From: Alphaproteobacteria bacterium
Lineage (GTDB): Bacteria > Pseudomonadota > Alphaproteobacteria > GM7ARS4 > G965262615
Length of the DNA: 64,000 bases
Reading direction: 5' to 3'
Assembly (NCBI GenBank): GCA_965262615.1
Contig: OZ253545.1
Span: forward strand, 832,001 to 896,000
Every line of letters starts with the position of its first letter. The stretch's first letter is position 1. A program made the position numbers and the translations under genes. The notes beneath the pieces are model-generated. The model worked only from the letters and a program-made list of their open reading frames with translations, was not told where the DNA came from and made no database searches. This document shows positions 59,303-64,000 of this stretch, one piece after another.

Positions 59303-59616
59303 ATGGCAAAAAAGTCATCCAAAGGCAAAAAATCTATCGCTACCAAAAATGCAGATGTCACGCAGATAGATGCTGATGGCGGTGAAAGGCGGTTGATAGA
59401 ACGCCGTGGGGTGCACATATCCTGCACATATCCATTGTTTCACCTGATGAATTGAAAAAATATGAACAAGCGTTGCGAGGCACGGGCAAAGTTTTGGCTT
59501 GTGTTTCTTTTGTTATTGTTGTTGCAATGATAGGATTTTTATTTCCAGCGAACTATTCACCTTTTGCGATGGCATTGTCTTTTGGTTTGTTTTTGAACTT
59601 TTTGCATAAGAATTAG
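59303..59616 (+). pseudogene. DUF2335-like membrane protein frameshifted by an 11-bp duplication
   Basis: tgcacatatcc x2 at 59412-59433; removing one copy gives a 100-aa ORF with SPDELKKYEQALRGTG and two TMs. Confidence 0.65.
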
Positions 59617-59662
59617 TGATTCTCTTGCGCGCGAGGGTCTTGCGGGTTATTCTTTTGTTTTT

Positions 59663-59749
<87 letters not shown>

Positions 59750-59765
59750 CATGAAGGATATCGCT

Positions 59766-60398
59766 ATGGCAAAACCGCCGCCCATCAAAGCCACATTTCA
59801 CGAGGAAGATGCCCCCAAGGAACTGCTCAAACAGCCTTCTGTTGCTGTGGATACCGAGACCATGGGGCTTAAAATCGGCAGGGATCGCCTGTGTCTTGTG
59901 CAGCTGTGTGGAACGGATGGAGCGTGTCATCTGGTGCGCTTTGCTTCTGATTCCAAGTATAAAGCACCGGTGCTGCGTCAATTGCTGGAGGATGACGCAA
60001 TTGTGAAGATTTTTCATTTTGCCCGTTTTGATGTGGCGATGCTGTATCATCATCTGCATGTGCGGGTGCATCCCATCTATTGCACCCGCACGGCTTCCAA
60101 AATCGCTCGCACATTCACCGACAAACATGGCTTGCGGGTGTTGTGTCGTGATTTGCTGCGCACGGATATATCCAAAGTGCAGCAGAGTTCCGACTGGGGC
60201 GCGCCGCACCTCAAAGACGCTCAACTTCATTATGCCGCCAGTGATGTGGTGCATCTGCACGCCTTGAAAGAAAAACTGGATGCCATGCTGGTCAGAGAGG
60301 GGCGTCAAGAAATTGCTCATAATTGCTTTGACTTTCTCATGACACGCGCTATTTTGGATGTGAAAGGATGGGAAGATGAAGATATTTTCGCTCACTAG
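59766..60398 (+). CDS. rnd: Ribonuclease D-like 3'-5' exonuclease
   Basis: VAVDTETMGL, RDRLCLVQL, FHFARFD, QQSSDWG, YAASDV. Confidence 0.9.
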   Translation: MAKPPPIKATFHEEDAPKELLKQPSVAVDTETMGLKIGRDRLCLVQLCGTDGACHLVRFASDSKYKAPVLRQLLEDDAIVKIFHFARFDVAMLYHHLHVRVHPIYCTRTASKIARTFTDKHGLRVLCRDLLRTDISKVQQSSDWGAPHLKDAQLHYAASDVVHLHALKEKLDAMLVREGRQEIAHNCFDFLMTRAILDVKGWEDEDIFAH

Positions 60399-60714
60399 TG
60401 CCGCGATCGCGTGTCTGTTGTTGTGCACTGATGCTCGTGCATCGGATGACCCTCATGGGTGGGTGGAGGACTCCTTTCGTCATAACGGACAAGAGGATAT
60501 TTTTGTCAACCGTCATCCGTTGGGGTCTCTGGTGGAGAGTGCCGTTGGCTTGGCACTGCTGCCCTTGAGAACATGGCAACAATGGCAACACCGTCATCAT
60601 GATGGCTTTGAACAATTCAAACAACGCGACCCTGCTTCTTTGGATTGGCATCATCCTTTCTTTGAAAAGCAACGAGCTTTGCGTGAACGCGATGATGGCG
60701 AGAGCTTGCGTTGA
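60376..60714 (+). CDS. Hypothetical secreted protein
   Basis: 112 aa, signal-peptide-like N-terminus, fills the rnd-coxB gap. Confidence 0.5.
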   Translation: MKIFSLTSAAIACLLLCTDARASDDPHGWVEDSFRHNGQEDIFVNRHPLGSLVESAVGLALLPLRTWQQWQHRHHDGFEQFKQRDPASLDWHHPFFEKQRALRERDDGESLR

Positions 60715-60758
60715 TGAGATAAACTTGCTACGGTTGCGACCGTTAAAGGAGGATGCTG

Positions 60759-61616
60759 ATGAAGGGGCATAGAATTTGTTTTGGCTCACTGGCAATGATT
60801 TTTGTCTGTGTGACGGCTTTTCTTTTTTCAATGGAGTCTGTGCTGGCGGCGCAGCCCACGGAGTGGCAGATGAATTTTCAGCCCGCCGCCACACCTGTGA
60901 TGGAAGATGTTGTCGGTTTGCATGAGGGTGTCCTCTGGCTGATTATTGCGATTTCACTCTTTGTTTTTGGATTGCTGGCGTATGTATTGTATGCGTTTCA
61001 TGAGTCACGCCATAAAAAGCCCTCTCAAGTTTCTCATAATGCCACCCTTGAGATTGCTTGGACTGCCATTCCCACTTTGATTTTGGTGGTGATGGCGGTG
61101 CCGTCTATCAAATTGCTCTATTATACTGATGTGGTGCCGTCGGCGGATCTCACCATCAAAGCCACAGGGTATCAGTGGTATTGGAACTACGAGTATCCCG
61201 ATCACGGCGAATTTGATTTTGATTCCCTCCCTTTGGACGATGATGAGCTGGGCCCCACTCAGCCGCGCTTGTTGGCGGTGGACAACCCCGTTGTTGTGCC
61301 TGTGGGACGGGTGGTGCGCCTGTTGGTTGCCGCCGACCCCGATGGTGTCATTCACAGCTGGGCGATGCCCGCCTTTGGTGTCAAAAAAGATGCCGTGCCT
61401 GGGCGGCTCAATGAGACATGGTTCAAGGTGGAAAAAGAGGGAACTTATTATGGTCAGTGTTCCGAATTGTGTGGTGCGAATCACGCCTATATGCCCATTG
61501 CCGTCAAGGTGGTCTCTGCGGAGGCATTTCAGGCATGGGTCACACGCGCCAGAGAAGAATTCGCCAGCAACAGTGAGAGAACACCCCAAGTGATCGCTCA
61601 CAACACCAATCAGTAA
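60759..61616 (+). CDS. coxB: Cytochrome c oxidase subunit II
   Basis: LEIAWTAIP, GYQWYWNYEY, VIHSW, CSELCGANHAYM CuA site; AGGAGG RBS. Confidence 0.97.
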   Translation: MKGHRICFGSLAMIFVCVTAFLFSMESVLAAQPTEWQMNFQPAATPVMEDVVGLHEGVLWLIIAISLFVFGLLAYVLYAFHESRHKKPSQVSHNATLEIAWTAIPTLILVVMAVPSIKLLYYTDVVPSADLTIKATGYQWYWNYEYPDHGEFDFDSLPLDDDELGPTQPRLLAVDNPVVVPVGRVVRLLVAADPDGVIHSWAMPAFGVKKDAVPGRLNETWFKVEKEGTYYGQCSELCGANHAYMPIAVKVVSAEAFQAWVTRAREEFASNSERTPQVIAHNTNQ

Positions 61617-61622
61617 AAATAA

Positions 61623-63209
<1,587 letters not shown>

Positions 63210-63211
63210 GA

Positions 63212-64000
63212 ATGATGGCGGCGCGCAACCATAGCAGTGATTCGTCTGACGCTTTTGGCGGCGCGCGCGCGAGTGATTTTATCACCCTCCTTAAACCGCG
63301 TGTGATGACGCTGGTGGTCTTTTCGGCATTGTGTGGCATTGTCATTGCCCCTGTGGCGTTGCATCCCTTTTTGGTTCTGGTCACCTTGATTGCCACCGCT
63401 CTCGCCTCGGGCGGCGCGGCTTGCTTTAACATGTGGTATGACAGAGACATTGATGCCCTCATGGCGCGCACCGCGAATCGTCCCATTGTGCGCGGCGTGG
63501 TGTCACCATCCAGTGCTTTGGGATTTTCCGTGATGCTGTCTGTGGGGAGTGTCATGCTGATGGCATTGGCTCTCAACATCAGTGCGGCACTGGTGCTATT
63601 GGGGTCTATTTTTTATTACGCTTTCATTTACACGGTTTGTCTCAAGCGTTTGACATCTCAGAACATTGTCATTGGTGGAGCGGCGGGAGCGTTCCCGCCA
63701 CTGGTGGGATACATGGCTGCCGCACCCGACCAGATGACTGTGTATCCTTGGGTGCTGTTTGCCATTATTTTTCTTTGGACGCCGCCTCATTTTTGGTCAT
63801 TGGCAATGCTGCGACAAAAAGATTACGCCGCCGCCCGTGTTCCCATGTTGCCGGTGCAAAAAGGAAATGATGTCACCATACGCGCCATGCTCATGTACAC
63901 GCTGTTGTTGTGGAGCGTCTCTCTCATTCCCGCCATGGCGGGATGGACGGGAATGCTCTACGGCGTGAGTGCATTCCTTTTGGGAGGATGGTTTGGGGCA
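63212..64000 (+). CDS. cyoE: Protoheme IX farnesyltransferase, 3'-truncated by window edge
   Basis: Translated by hand: LLKPRVMTLVVF, NMWYDRDIDALMARTANRP, QNIVIGGAAG, FLWTPPHFW. Confidence 0.94.
   Translation, partial: MMAARNHSSDSSDAFGGARASDFITLLKPRVMTLVVFSALCGIVIAPVALHPFLVLVTLIATALASGGAACFNMWYDRDIDALMARTANRPIVRGVVSPSSALGFSVMLSVGSVMLMALALNISAALVLLGSIFYYAFIYTVCLKRLTSQNIVIGGAAGAFPPLVGYMAAAPDQMTVYPWVLFAIIFLWTPPHFWSLAMLRQKDYAAARVPMLPVQKGNDVTIRAMLMYTLLLWSVSLIPAMAGWTGMLYGVSAFLLGGWFGA

Overview
Compact, gene-dense alphaproteobacterial chromosome segment (roughly 55% GC by eye; taxon inferred from gene order such as rpiB-glyA-nrdR-rib-nusB-thiL, rpoZ-spoT-pdxJ-acpS, ccr/ecm/mcd, coxB-coxA-cyoE). It is mostly housekeeping genes plus one tRNA-Leu(CAG), with small accessory insertions. 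(1) An islet after acpS (33.1-34.75 kb) has three versions of the acpS 3' end, a Panacea/SocA antitoxin coupled to a small membrane protein, and three copies of an 80-100 bp structured element; one copy forms a switch-like leader over the RBS of a tiny His/Cys-rich secreted protein. (2) A DNA methyltransferase-HNH fusion lies between ccr and ecm. (3) A tandem array of six mosaic GT34/GT8-like glycosyltransferase paralogs spans 51.3-56.4 kb. (4) There is a secreted ankyrin-repeat protein and a frameshifted DUF2335-like gene pair. Across the window, gene termini are repeatedly duplicated in tandem, several orphan copies differ mainly at synonymous sites, and TCGA/GGCC look strongly depleted. All family calls come from motif recognition by eye; no searches were run, and several start codons are best guesses.
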